Positions 1 to 12,058 of a stretch of DNA of 64,000 nt are shown one piece after another. Location: contig OZ287706.1 in the NCBI GenBank assembly GCA_965649825.1, positions 1 through 64,000 on the forward strand. Direction: 5' to 3'. Made by a program: the position numbers and the translations under genes. The stretch is from Penicillus capitatus. Taxonomy: Eukaryota > Plantae > Chlorophyta. Under the pieces are notes generated by a model that saw only the letters and a program-made list of their open reading frames with translations, ran no database searches and had not been told where the DNA came from. Positions within the stretch are counted from its first letter, which is position 1, and every line of letters starts with the position of its first letter.

Positions 1-809
1 TTGTTGGTTGTTGTAAGAAACCTCAACAGAATCAAACCTTCTGAATGGACAACCATGTCGTTCTGTGAGGCATAGTTTTGTTTCGAGAGAGACGAAGGAA
101 GACCATTCGCTCTGTTGTCTTTCTTGAAAAGAATGAATTCCGTCTCGAATCCGATCTGCGAAAACATCGACCCTCAAAGCGGTCTATCATGTCCGACCAG
201 TACTTTGATATTATACCCATACTCTTCTCTTAATTTCCCTAGAGCCTCTCGAAGGACTTGACGAGGACAATCTGGTGAAACGTCGCCTGCATCAAAACAG
301 CTAAAGTCGAGCAATCTGTGATTTGTGATATAGATCTACCCGATTCTGTATGGAGATCTCCGATGACGACGCCAGCGCTCTTCCTCCATGGTAGTCTTCG
401 AAACGTTGTCATGTCCGGCATCACGCAGAATTCTCCCGATGCGCCGAACTTGCTCTCTGCTTCGCACATCGACATTTTCTGAGAGAAGACGACGGTGACA
501 TTACCCGGAGGAGGAATGTCGCCGTGGCAGGGTAAAAAGGGGACAGCTTTGCAAAGACCGAAGCCATGTTCCGCAATCTTTGCTATGTGTTTCTTCGTAA
601 AGGTTCTGCAACGAAGAGGCACATGACAGGGACAGTCAGTCGTGTTTAAAAGATCCGTTACCTGCTGCGACGAACGCCGTTGACGTCAGCTATGCACACT
701 TCGAGATAATCGACTTCAGCGTCTATGAAACCCGACAGCGCATAAAACGAGTAGCCAACATTTAAAGCAGTTAGATACCGTGTCCGTCGACGCTCGAAGA
801 TCCATTCAT
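1..809 (-). CDS. Glutamine synthetase type I-like protein (NodGS/FluG C-terminal-like), multi-exon, runs off the left edge
   Basis: Manual splicing gives MNGSSSVDGH|DAEVDYLEVCIADVNGVRRS|RTFTKKHIAKIAEHGFGLCKAVPFLPCHGD...GEFCVMPDMTTFRRLPWRKSAGVVIGDL...DCPRQVLREALGKLREEYGYNIK|IGFETEFILFK. PDxxTxRRLPW and GFExEF are GS-I motifs. Confidence 0.8.
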
Positions 810-1173
810 GTTGTCAATGGCGTCTAAATGCCAAACTTTAGTATGGAAGCGCGTGTCGTCGTCTACGAGGAGACTTTAACGAAACACCCTGTCTACTATT
901 CGCCGCAATGTTTGAACCTAAACGGAATGAACAACTCGTACGACAGATTTGAACGCCTCTCCACAACTGAATGAGCATGAACTGCACTTGGAACAGCGAT
1001 CGCCGTTTGTTCTATCATTTCCGTTTCAATGAAATAGCAGTTGGTGGACAACAACTGTTTCTTGCGCTGTTCCATTCCGTGGAGCAATTGCATGCAAACA
1101 ATGCGCGATAAGATCGATCGTCGATAACATCTAGGATTTTGGGCAAGTTTGCTTAAAGGCGCATCCGCGAGTC

Positions 1174-4100
1174 ATGGACGAAATCGAGTTCCGCGTCCGT
1201 CTCCAACTTGGACAATTCGTTGTTCACGTTCGTCTGTCTCCTATCCTGCAAGAAACGACATGATATTTTCAGATGCCGCATCGAGTGATCGATAACGACA
1301 GTGACAGTTCTCTTGCAGCGACCATCTCTGTTCACTTTCTTGGAGAACAAACACACCTTGAAGATGTTCCGATACAGCTGCGCGAAGGAGAAACATCATT
1401 CTTGGATGTCCATGCTGAACGAACACTCCGCTTTCCAGCCGATGCGCATCTTCCATTTGAATTGGCGAACGCATTGATCAACTCTTCGCCCTGGTTCACT
1501 CTCTTGGACTCCTCAAGTCGAACACGTCTTCACGCTTGGCGGGGCAGACGAATGTCGCACGTGAAGGAACACCGATAGCAACAGGCCAGGCAGATGCGGA
1601 TTCCATCATCGAGAGCTGTTGTCTTGAACTTCAGAAGGACGTTCTGCTTTCTTTCGCAGATCCTGATAGCAATAAAGGGGAGACTATTGCTACTGTTTCC
1701 GTTTCGCTGTGCATTACAAGAGGAGAGGATGTGCTTGATGCCGATGAAGAAGGCCAACCAATATCAACAGCGCCCAGATCTTTCTTTACCTCAAACGAGC
1801 TTGCAGATCTGGTCATCATGACGTTGTCGATAGAAGACATCCAACCAATGCCACCAGGAATGGCAAAGGCAATAGAAATGGTGTCGTCCACTGATCTGAC
1901 TCTTTCGGCTGTGCTCTCATTCGAGATGGGCAATGACGTCGAAGCATGTCCAACAATCCGTCTTACAGGAGGAACATTCAAAGAAAACGGCATCGATTCT
2001 GCACCGAAGAGGAAATGCGTTTTTCTCAAGTCGCATATCAAGGCAATCCATTCTAATGCTGCGATGTGTCAAAACAGCGAAACATCATCTTTGTTAGTAC
2101 AGGAGGTTATTGAAGATGCATTGTGTGCTCGGTTGGAATGCTGGAGGGAGTTGTCTTCGGAGAAGAGTAAAACGTACACCGACCCTGCTTTTGACTACTA
2201 TCATGGAATTGCTTCAATGGATCTTTGCCAATTACTGGAACCCGGATGCACGACCCTTTCAATGACTGAGATCACTATCGATGCTTCTGCTGATGCCTTC
2301 AGGAATGCGTATCCTCAGTTTCTTCTAGTGGGCACTGAGTTTAGTACAAAATCAAGGTTTGTAGCATTCCAGACATTCCGTTTTCGAGAGGTTCCTGATG
2401 CAGTCCCAAGATGAAAGCGATAGAAGATGCGCCTGAACAGGCGGATGAAACTTGTGCTTGGATGGATGCCGAATCTAAATTCCGCGTCCGAATCGATTTA
2501 TCCACTCCATTGGTCCCTCCATGGACACCACCTCCAAAGCCTCCTTTCACACTAGACGATCTCATCTGCCCAGAAAAAGATCTGATAATGTACTCGAAAG
2601 AATCGAGGAACGATCGTGCCTTCAAGGATAAGGTGTTTATGACTTTCTCTTTGTTGATCGCAATGGGTAAACGGTTTGCAGATCATGGAAGTCATGGGAT
2701 CCATGAAGGAGCAATGGCCATTTTTGCAGGAAGAAACACCCGACCTCGGAGCAGCATCTCTTCAGCAGCATCTTCAAGACGCGGCTGTATGCAATGATGG
2801 ATTGCGAGAGGCTTTTTTGGCAGTTTTGCTAGAGAAATACCATCAACATGGTAGGAGAAAGGCACTCGTTTTGGAAAGGCCCATGTAAATCCAGGATTGC
2901 TTGATCTGAGAGGACGCCTTAACGAAGCCTATGTCTATCTCACCCGGCTCGTCGAGGAAGCGATGAAAGAGAAGATGGAATTGGGTTCTCCAGTGGACGG
3001 AGATTCACTTGAACAGTTTCTGCAGTTGGCTGTTCAGTATGAAGATATGGGATATCTCTCTCACGCAAAGCGAAAGCATCTGGATGCCATCTCTGCTCAT
3101 CCAAACACACAGGTTCTCTGCGGAGATGCTATTCTCTTGACGTGCGCTGCCAACGTGGTCGTCGCAGACGTGGAAAGAGTATGGGGTCTTCTGTTTACGG
3201 ATGGGGGATGTGCAGACGAGTGAACAGAGCCTCAAGGAAGCATTGACTCAAGATCCTAAATCATTCGCAGCGTTGATGGCATTCGCTCATACTTGCCTTT
3301 ATAAAGGATCGGGAACAGTGGTGGAAAAGTTAAGAGAGGCAGAAGTTGTCGCACACAACGCTTTGGAATTGCAGCCTGAGAGATCGACTGTCTGGGCCCT
3401 TCTAACCATTCTTTACTCAAGTTCTCTATTGGCAACTGTCTATTGAGATTCGAATCGGTGCCTGGCAGTGCTGGATCGCAAAGAAGAAATGCAAAACTGC
3501 AAGTGGAAAGCGCGAGAGATTTGTCGACAGAGTTGTGGAGAGAAAGATCCGTTTCATGAATTGGCAGAGCATTTCTTGAGGGTTAAGAATACAGATATCG
3601 CCGACATCTGTCTGCAACATATCAATCCAGGTAAGTGCAGTGCATTTTGATAACCAAAGATAAGATGGTATGCAACCATCGGACAAGATGGCTCACTAGA
3701 CTCCAGCCTAACAGATATCCTCAAGGCAAAGATCGCTTTCTTGAGAGAGGACTTTGATCAAGCCCTCGCCATTATCCAGCATCTCAAGAAACATAAGGAG
3801 CATGCAATACGCCTTCACGACATCCTGCTCCTTGAAGTCGACATCCTTCTGAAGGCATATTATCGTCTGTTTCCTATGATCCCGGAACATGGATCTTCCT
3901 CCTGCTGATGCAGATGGACCGTCTAACCGAGGCTTGCTGGGTGTTTGGTCGTTTTATGGCAGAAAATCAAGAAACGTCTCCAGCCAACATATTCGTCAAA
4001 TACAGTGACCTACTGCGTTCCAAACCTACAACGGAGCCATCGTCCTCGACAGCTCCAGTCGAGGTCTGTCTTTACGGATGCCATCAGCATCCGCGGAATG

Positions 4101-4440
4101 TGTGTTTGTGGATCGAACTTGGCCATGCTTACTATGATCGTGGCGATGAGAGCGCAGCAGAGCGTGCATGGAGTCATGCATCTCAACTCGACCCAGCCAA
4201 CCCCGATATATGGGCCCACCTCTCACTTCTCTACCTGAAACAAAACAAACTCGAAATCGCATCGCACGTCGGCGCAACCTATTCAACGGAACTTCTTCCA
4301 GTCGATGTGCGTCTTAGGTACTGGACGTTGCCATCGCGCACGGGATCGAAAATCGGAGTCTTGTCGATGCGATCGTGGACGAATGGACCGCGAAGGGTTT
4401 TACAGAAAAAGCGAGAAAACTGGCAGAACTCTTTGCGTAG
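1174..4440 (+). CDS. CFAP70: Cilia/flagella-associated protein 70 (TPR-containing), many short introns
   Basis: YHGIASMDLCQLLEPG and PLVPPWTPPPKPP segments, plus C-terminal TPRs (LWIELGHAYYDRGDESAAERAWSHASQLDPANPDIW). ATG 1174 and TAG 4438-4440 come from manual splicing. Confidence 0.75.
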
Positions 4441-4533
4441 ATTGGCTGTCCCAACCATCTATCTATCTGTCTATCCCGTGCACCAGCGAACTTAAGAATA
4501 GAAACGTCACATCCTTAGAGCATGTGCGTCCTC

Positions 4534-5313
4534 ATGTCGTTTACGGATCCAAAAGTCGATAGCAGTGTTCACGAATCGCTGTCAAAGCTCGACAGAGCAT
4601 TGCTCTTTTGCGAATTCTTCGAATGTTGGGTACACCAAGTCCTTTACGCGCGTCGCCTCTACGACGGGCGTCTTTTTGAGACGAAGCGCCTCTATGACCT
4701 CTTCCTCAAAAAGAGCCTGTATCCGAAACTCAACAGTTACATTCACGATACAGTCTATACTCTCAAAGTAAGCGCTAGAGGAAGAGCGCTAACAGGAGAA
4801 GTATCGAAGATAGGATGTGATTTCTGGCGATATGCTGGAGACGGTCGAGATCCTCTTTCTGGATTCCCAACGACAGCTCGTCGAAAAAGCCATCCTACTG
4901 ATCAAAGTGCGATGGCAACATGAAAGAGAATCGTATAAGGGGTAGGATTCAGGGTGAAATGGAAGAGGAACAGGAGCTGTGTTCTTTGGAGGCCGCTTTC
5001 CGTTCACTGCTGGTTTCGACATCGAAGACACTGCCCACACTGCCACCCCTACCCCACGGTATGACGCTTGTTCTTCTCATGAGAGATAACGGTGTTTTAT
5101 CTAGACGGTACGTTTGAATTGTCCATTCGTACAAAATCGCCGGATCTTTCTCGACAACTCAAGCCCTTCTGGTGTCTGCAAAATCTCGATCCCCAATGCG
5201 AAACGTCGATCATGATGCCTATCCAGACCGTCCATGTCTCGGCTGCTTGTGAATGCGCTGTCTTTTCTTTGAGGAGATCAGGAGAGGGACGCAGATCGCT
5301 GGATCAGATTTAA
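4534..5313 (+). CDS. REV7: HORMA-domain protein, Pol zeta accessory subunit REV7/MAD2L2-like
   Basis: FCEFFECWVHQVLYARRLYDGRLFETKRLYDLFLKKSLYPKLNSYIHDTV matches the REV7 N-terminus; later LPPLPHDGTFELSIRT. Confidence 0.8.
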
Positions 5314-5751
5314 GATCCCTTGAGGTCCAATCAAAATCTCTCCGACAAGGCTGAACAGAGCCAGCCATACGACAGGAGATATATCCACACCGAATGCAGG
5401 GGGCACCACTTTGCGTGTGGCTTTCAGGATAGGCTCCGTTGGGAGATAGGCAAACAACCAGGGCACCTCTGTCTCTTTCACTTCAGGAAACCAGGAGAGC
5501 ACAATGCGTAACAGCATCAGAGACTGGCCCAAAAACAGCACAGGACGCAGTGCCGTGGACAAGGGACCTGCAAAGGAGGCGGCATCCAATGCCTGTGCTG
5601 TGTCGACAGGGATCACTGTCCAGAACGTCATCGTCGAAATCCAGACGTCCCATCGCGGTTTGCTCCGTGGTCTCGAAAGAGGCGACCGCGGTGATGGCCG
5701 CGGTGCAGCCGATGGTTGGCAGAAGAGGCAACTCGTCCGCGTTATCGTCAT
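5278..5751 (-). CDS. CCB3: YGGT-family plastid protein, cytochrome b6f heme ci biogenesis factor CCB3
   Basis: Single exon with a transit-peptide-like N-terminus; LRIVLSWFP...AYLPTEPILKATRKVVPPAFGVDISPVVW...EILIGPQGIL. Confidence 0.88.
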   Translation of the reverse strand: MTITRTSCLFCQPSAAPRPSPRSPLSRPRSKPRWDVWISTMTFWTVIPVDTAQALDAASFAGPLSTALRPVLFLGQSLMLLRIVLSWFPEVKETEVPWLFAYLPTEPILKATRKVVPPAFGVDISPVVWLALFSLVGEILIGPQGILNLIQRSASLS

Positions 5752-5796
5752 GACCGCTAATCGAACAAAATCGAGATCATCATTACCGATTCATTT

Positions 5797-6887
5797 CTAT
5801 TCGAGTTCTTTCAGCCAATCATTGTAATCCACAAACACGAATTTCCACCCGTCTGGATCAGTAGTGGACATGATTTTGGTTCCTTTGAAACCAGCAGCGG
5901 AAGGTTCCCGTACAATGGGCCCACCTGCTGCTCGGATTTGCTCAGTGGTTTTGTAAATGTCCGATGTCGAGATGGCCACTTGAGCATAGCCATCGCCCTT
6001 CGTGTACTCCGTCTGGCCCCAGTTGTACGTAAGTTCCATAACCGGCTGTTCCACGTCATCGGCACCATACCCCATAAAGGCAAGCGTGTATTTATACTGT
6101 GGATTCTCTCTTTTGCGGATGAGGTTCATTCCCAGAACGTTCTGATAGAACTTAATGCTTCTGTCCAGATCACCCACGCGCAGCATGACTTGACAGAGAC
6201 GTTCCTTCATGGGATCCTTCTGAATGATCTCCCATTTGTACCTGCATCTCCACATCTGTCCTCTCCATTCCTGTCAAATCATGACAAACCCTGTTGGATC
6301 TTCGGCGAAAGCAATGACGGTGGTGCCTCCTTTGACGGGACCCGCCTCTCTCGTGACCTGACATGACAGGCGAGCAGAGTCTTCATGGATAGACAATCTT
6401 TGAAGTGCCGCACCTTGCCTCCTGCGGTCTTAATGTCCTCACAGGTCTTGTAAGCATCTGGTGTATAGAAAGCAAAATGGCCAAATCCTTCTCCCAGATC
6501 ATAGCTGTCGACGCCATAGTTGTAGGTCAATTCGAGAGCAAAGTTTTCCGTTTCGGGTCCATAGCCCATAAAAGCAACTGAGAATTCCTTATCGGGGACA
6601 TCGATCTGACGCAGCAATTGCATGCCAAACTGATCCCTATAACAATCGATCGTCTTCTGCAGATCCCCTACACGAAAGACGGGATGCAGCATGCGCCTTG
6701 AATCTTCACGTGCCCAATTGTCCGTGGCCATCGCTTGCACACGATGTGACCTAGACAGCGCTATCGAACCACTCGAGCGTCACCCCAGCACCTACCGTCG
6801 AAACAGACGTGAGGATTTGGAGAGCTGCGGGCGTAAGTGTGCTCGGATGAGAAAATGACAATGCTGTGCCAATGACGCACGCAACAT
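5797..6887 (-). CDS. GLYI: Lactoylglutathione lyase (two-domain, Ni-type glyoxalase I), probably organelle-targeted
   Basis: [12 protein letters not shown]...[23 protein letters not shown] and [18 protein letters not shown]...MELTYNWG...[11 protein letters not shown]. The N-terminal [31 protein letters not shown] exon looks like a transit peptide. Confidence 0.92.
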
Positions 6888-6987
6888 CCGATCGTCGTGA
6901 TGGAGACGATCGTGTCGACGAATTACATGAAATTGTATGGTAATACATGGACATGGATATGGACATGACACAGCTAATGGGCCAACA

Positions 6988-9459
6988 CTACCTCGTTGTA
7001 TCTCGTGCCGTTCCACACATCTCACACTCAGTCGCATTCAAATCGTGATTGGCAAATGTACACTAGAAACAGCAATGCAGCCATTGAGGAGAGGGTATCC
7101 TGACGAAGGAGATGCCATACGCGGACACACTGCCAGAAATCGATGTCAAATTCAGAATCTGACAAGGGACGGGATTGGATATCGTGGCCACTTGTGGTCA
7201 TCTCTTCCCAATTGGCCGTGCGTCCCATATGCTTCCCACGTAGTCCAATGCGTGCCGAACTGGACGAAGGTCCGGCGGCAGATGCATCTGGCATCCACAT
7301 ATCGCCTGAGACACGCATTTTAAAAGAGTGAGAAGCGTATGCGATATATATATACCCGATGTATAGATCTGCTGAATGGTATCAAATCCGAGCTCTAGTT
7401 GCCGCACGAATTTTTCAAAATAGGTGTGTGTCACGTCTGTCAGACTGAGAAGGTTCTTTCGTATGTCAATGAACCTTTCGGTCAAAGATCGGATGTCATC
7501 GTCGGAGTCCTTTTCCGTTTCGGTTGCGTGTTCAACAAATTGCATAAGCTGCTGTTCCACCACCTCATGGAGATGCTCTAAACTTGCTTCAGCATCACCC
7601 TGTCACACACCCCCTCAGATCCCATACCCATGCCAAACACAAAAGATGCCAAACCTGCAGGAATTCAAAGAATTCACGCTTTTGTTGCTTTTCTAAGTTC
7701 TTTTCATCTTCAAAATGATAATATCCGTAAGCATAGGAGTATTTGAGTATCCGTCGACATTCCACAACTTGATTCCAGGCATCTGTCCCATCATGACTCT
7801 TCTGTAATCAGATGTCGCTGTCAGAGATGGATGCCCACCATGAATAAATTTGAGATCGAGCTCCGGAAAGAGGCAGAGAGAATTGATGCGACCCGTTGAA
7901 CTTTCTTCATCTCCCGATGCCGTTCTGTTTCGATCCTCAATAGCCTTCTTGTGCGCCACGTCATGAGCAGCCCATCTTTCATAGTAATGTGTGTATCTCT
8001 CCAGCAGCACCTTGGCCGTCTCTTTCTTACGCGTCTCTGCATCATACTGTCCAATACGCCTTGCCGCCTCGTACCTGATCAACAGTCCGTGTTAGAAGGC
8101 ACGTTCTAGCAGGAGATCATATACTTGTTGCAAGCATAGAATCCTCCGGTGGTTTCATTGTGTGTCGACCATGCTTCAGAACATAGCCAACAGAATTCAA
8201 AACGACACTGACTGCATGTCATGTGCATGCATCCCTGAAACGACAGGATGGTTTAGAAGGCAGTATTTCAGCTGGTGCCTTGCTTGATTCTTTTCTATGG
8301 GGCGACGACACTTGGGACAAGGTTTGGTGTTGACAAGAATGTAGTTGAGATTCTCTGATTCTGCTGTGTTTTTCATGAACCACTTCCGAACAGTTTCACA
8401 GTCAACCTGGTCACACTTTCCATCTCACTCTTTCGTTTATAGAGGAGATCTAACCGGACGATGCGCTTCTTCCAAGCATCGGAAACAAAAGGAATTGCCG
8501 CATGTGCAGCGAACATCCAATGGCTCATTGGGGTCCAAATCAACAACACATGCCGCCACTTTCTCGCAACCTGGAACGAAATCTCACACTTTCTAAAAAA
8601 AAGTGAAAAATAACCTGGAGCTGTACACCACGTGATTGTTGGATTGTCGTCCACGAAGGACCGCAACTCAAATTCTTCCCATCGTCTCTTATCTTCAGGT
8701 GCAGCATGCTGAAAGACCACACTTTTTGGCACCTATCTCACACAACTCTTCCAACTCGGTCACTCTCCAAGAAAAATCTTGCATAGCAGGAACAGTCCGA
8801 AGCTGGACACTTCAACATCAAACACGATGGTCCCTCTTCCACATTCGCTGCAATATATCCCCTCCAGCACGCCGAACACAATGTGTGTCCGCAGATATTG
8901 GCCCAAAGCTGGTCCTCCTCAAAATCTGTCCAGCACACCAGACAGCTTCCCTGTCAACATATCGCTCACGGCCACCCCCTTGCAGAAAAGAGTCCCGCTC
9001 TTGCTTTGGATGCAGGTTCCAATGGAGGTGGGTCTATCATGCCTACACGTTTTGCCGTGGCCTCCATATCTGTAAACCATGTCTCCGTTGTCAATGACAG
9101 ATCCCTGCACACATTCTCATCCTCCCATCCACGACAGAATGTCTTCTACCATTTGAACAGACGCAAGAGACGTGCAGCCACGTCGCCGTCCACATTCAGC
9201 AACTGCATGACTTGTGCAATCACACTTTGACGACGCGCGTTCAAATCCTCGCGGCACAGAATACGATAAGTCCTCTAACAACAACAGCAACGGCAGTGAG
9301 ACATCGCATTAAGCTGACGTCGCGAGTCGAGCCACAGACTTTGGTAGGCGGTCCCGTTTCTTCTTCGAGGATTTCATCGATGCCATTTATTTCTTCGTCG
9401 TCGACTTCGACACTCGAGTCATAGTATTCCTCGTAGTCTTCAAAGCTCGAATCCGACAT
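6988..9459 (-). CDS. ARI: ARIADNE-type RBR E3 ubiquitin ligase with C-terminal RanBP2-type zinc finger
   Basis: Acidic N-terminus, RING1 ([14 protein letters not shown]...LKCP), IBR ([16 protein letters not shown]), RING2 ([13 protein letters not shown]) and Ariadne domain ([14 protein letters not shown]). The last intron joins WQCVR|[20 protein letters not shown]. Confidence 0.9.
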
Positions 9460-9515
9460 GAACACCTCAGGAGTTTGATAGAGGGGGACACGTCAGATGT
9501 TGTTGATGTGAACAC

Positions 9516-11230
9516 ATGGGCCCTTCATCTCTGTCATCTTGTCGACGGGCGATCTCTTCCAAAGGATACCTAACACGATGGCAACGCCATGTCGCGATAC
9601 AGAGTGCGTCTTCGGGGAGGGAAAGAGAAAAGGCAAAGAAGGAGGAAGGGACGTTGAGAGAACTCTATCCCGAAGGCAGAATGTTGGAGAGGGGTTACCA
9701 TCGGGTCTCCGGTTCGCATCATCTCTATTACGAAGTCCATGGAAATCCGATGGGACAGCCGGCTGTTGTATTGCATGGCGGTCCTGGAGCTGGATGCTCG
9801 AGGGCTCTCGGGTAAGACGTCAGTGTGAGAAGGGAAGATCGTGTCGAGGTGGAGAGAGTGCTGCTGTAGACGGCTGTTTGATTTGACTTTTTGGAAAGTA
9901 GTGCTCTTCGATCAGAGAGGTTGTGGGAAGTCTGTGCCTCGAGGTCTCTTACACTCGAACAATCCAAAAGTTCTGTGCCCAACATGCAACGTGACATAAC
10001 AATGACCACTGCAGAAATTGATGGAGGATGTCGAGAAGCTTCGCTATCATCTGAAAATCAAACGGTGGTTGGTTCTTGGAGGATCGCATGGGTGTACGAT
10101 TGCTATGATCTATGCACAGGAGCACACCTCACGGTTTGCATTCCTGTCTGTGTCTTGTCGAATCCGTCATCTTATGCATGCACAGTGTGAGTGCTTTGGT
10201 GCTGAGAGCTGTCTGTCTCATGCGAAAGGAAGAATTGGATTGGGTGTTCTCTCCTGTCGGTGCGGCGACAAAGATTCCGCGAGTAAGCAGTGTGCCTTTC
10301 ACTCTGTCTCCTTTTCAAAAGAGAATCATGTTAGGGCTGGCAGCGATTCTTGAGCATCTTGCAGCCAAATGAACAGCTGAATCCGATCAAGGCTTACTAC
10401 AACAGAATGCACTCTATTCGAGATCGAGTTCGCAAACAAGCAGTGAGAAGATGGCACAGCATTCATTTGCTGTCATGCACCTGCATGTTTGTATAAAGGC
10501 ACGGTATTGGAGGGAATGGACGATGACGGTTATGTTCTCAAAGCTGCCACAGTTCGATCATGACAAGATTGAGGTCAGACCCGAAACCATCTTTGACACA
10601 CCGGTCAACATGGATCGCAATATCAACATCTTCCACAGCCGTTCTCTCAAGTAGGGACCAACCAGCCTATCAGGCACTTCTTCCGACTGATCTATCTCAT
10701 TCTGTGGCGACAGCAACGTCGTGGAAGAAATCGAACCGTTGCCTGCGCCAGTGGTGCAGTCGCTGATTGAGGCCCACTTCTTCTACTATAACAAGCGCTT
10801 CATGGCAGAGGTCTTCCCTATTCTGGACCGTATCGACTGGTTCAATGTCAATCTTTTGGCCGAATAGAGTGACACGTGTGTTTTTCCTCAAATAGGAATC
10901 GGAACGTGCCTTGCATTGCGATTCATGGAGAAGACGATCAACTGTGTCTTAAATCGAATGCATTGGACTTGAAGTCCGCATGGAGGGAAATGGATCTCCG
11001 CATTGTGCCCAAAGCAGGTGCGACGAATTGTGCACGTCTGGATTGTCATCTGATCTCTTCTTTCAGGTCACTCTCAATTCGATCCTCGCATTCGAGATGC
11101 CACCATCGAAGCCATTGATGAAATGAAGGATGTGGTCGTTCGGCAAAAGACCGATGCGACCTTCCATGATGCAAAGCCCAAGCAGACATATCAAATACCA
11201 GAGCCGTATTACAAGAAAAAATACAGATGA
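9516..11230 (+). CDS. PIP: Proline iminopeptidase (peptidase S33)
   Basis: LYYEVHGNPMGQPAVVLHGGPGAG, DVEKLRYHLKIKRWLVLGGSHG, AIHGEDDQLC and AGHSQFDP; multi-exon. Confidence 0.9.
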
Positions 11231-11443
11231 GAATCTTCGGTCTCTTCATGATGTTGCACAGAGATACCCACTTCATACCATAACCAATTTGTCCAAAAAC
11301 GAAAGCGATGAGTTCAATTGTAATCGCAGATTGCGACGGTAGAATCGAGATCGAAGACATCAAAGTCAGGACGTCCAAGATCGTCTGGATATAATGGTGG
11401 GCAACAAAAGGCAATGAACAGCGCATTAAGCACACCACCAGCT

Positions 11444-12010
11444 TTAAGGCACCAGCTCCACAATAAGTACGGTTCCACGACAGACAGCAAGACGTGGAAC
11501 AAAGGGAGTATCCGATAGAAGACTTCCTTCTTGGGTTGCACTCAACAAATCCTTGGATATGATCCGATCGCTGCCACCTCTCTTCCACAGATCCAACCAT
11601 GTCACATGTAATAGAGATCGAGTCAGGAATGACATACGGCTGAATGCTTCAGCCGAACATTCGAGGTGGTCCACAATTAAGGAACGTTGTGCACAGGGCT
11701 TCATGCAGTCTTTCATTTCTACTCGATAACTCCGCACCAATACTACAGCATTCTCTATCGCCCACAGTTCTCACCTTTAGAGAGAGATTTGGGCAAAGAA
11801 GACTTCCGCTGCGTGGCGAATGACAGGATCAATATCCCATTTGCCAGATGCGGGACGCGAACAACATGTCATTGGTCACGATGGAACACGAACAGAAAGG
11901 ACCTTGAGGGCGTGATGTAATATTGTCTTACCGTTGCTGAAGGCTGCTTGAAAACCAATTCAAAGTCGACGTTTAGGATAGATCCCCCCACCCGCGAAGA
12001 ATGAATCATC
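11444..12010 (-). CDS. Putative small multi-exon gene, function unknown
   Basis: GT-AG-bounded exons can be joined into ...EMKDCMKPCAQRSLIVDHLECSAEAFSRGSDRIISKDLLSATQEGSLLSDTPFVPRLAVCRGTVLIVELVP*; the 5' end is uncertain. Confidence 0.3.
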
Positions 12011-12058
12011 AGGTGACACAGTGACGGCGTAGCGCGTCTCGCCGCGAAACAATGCTAT

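Noticed and set aside
5797-6887. Missing second-site Glu in glyoxalase I (DGWKFVFVD)
   Set aside because: This is the normal state of plant two-domain Ni-type GLYI enzymes.
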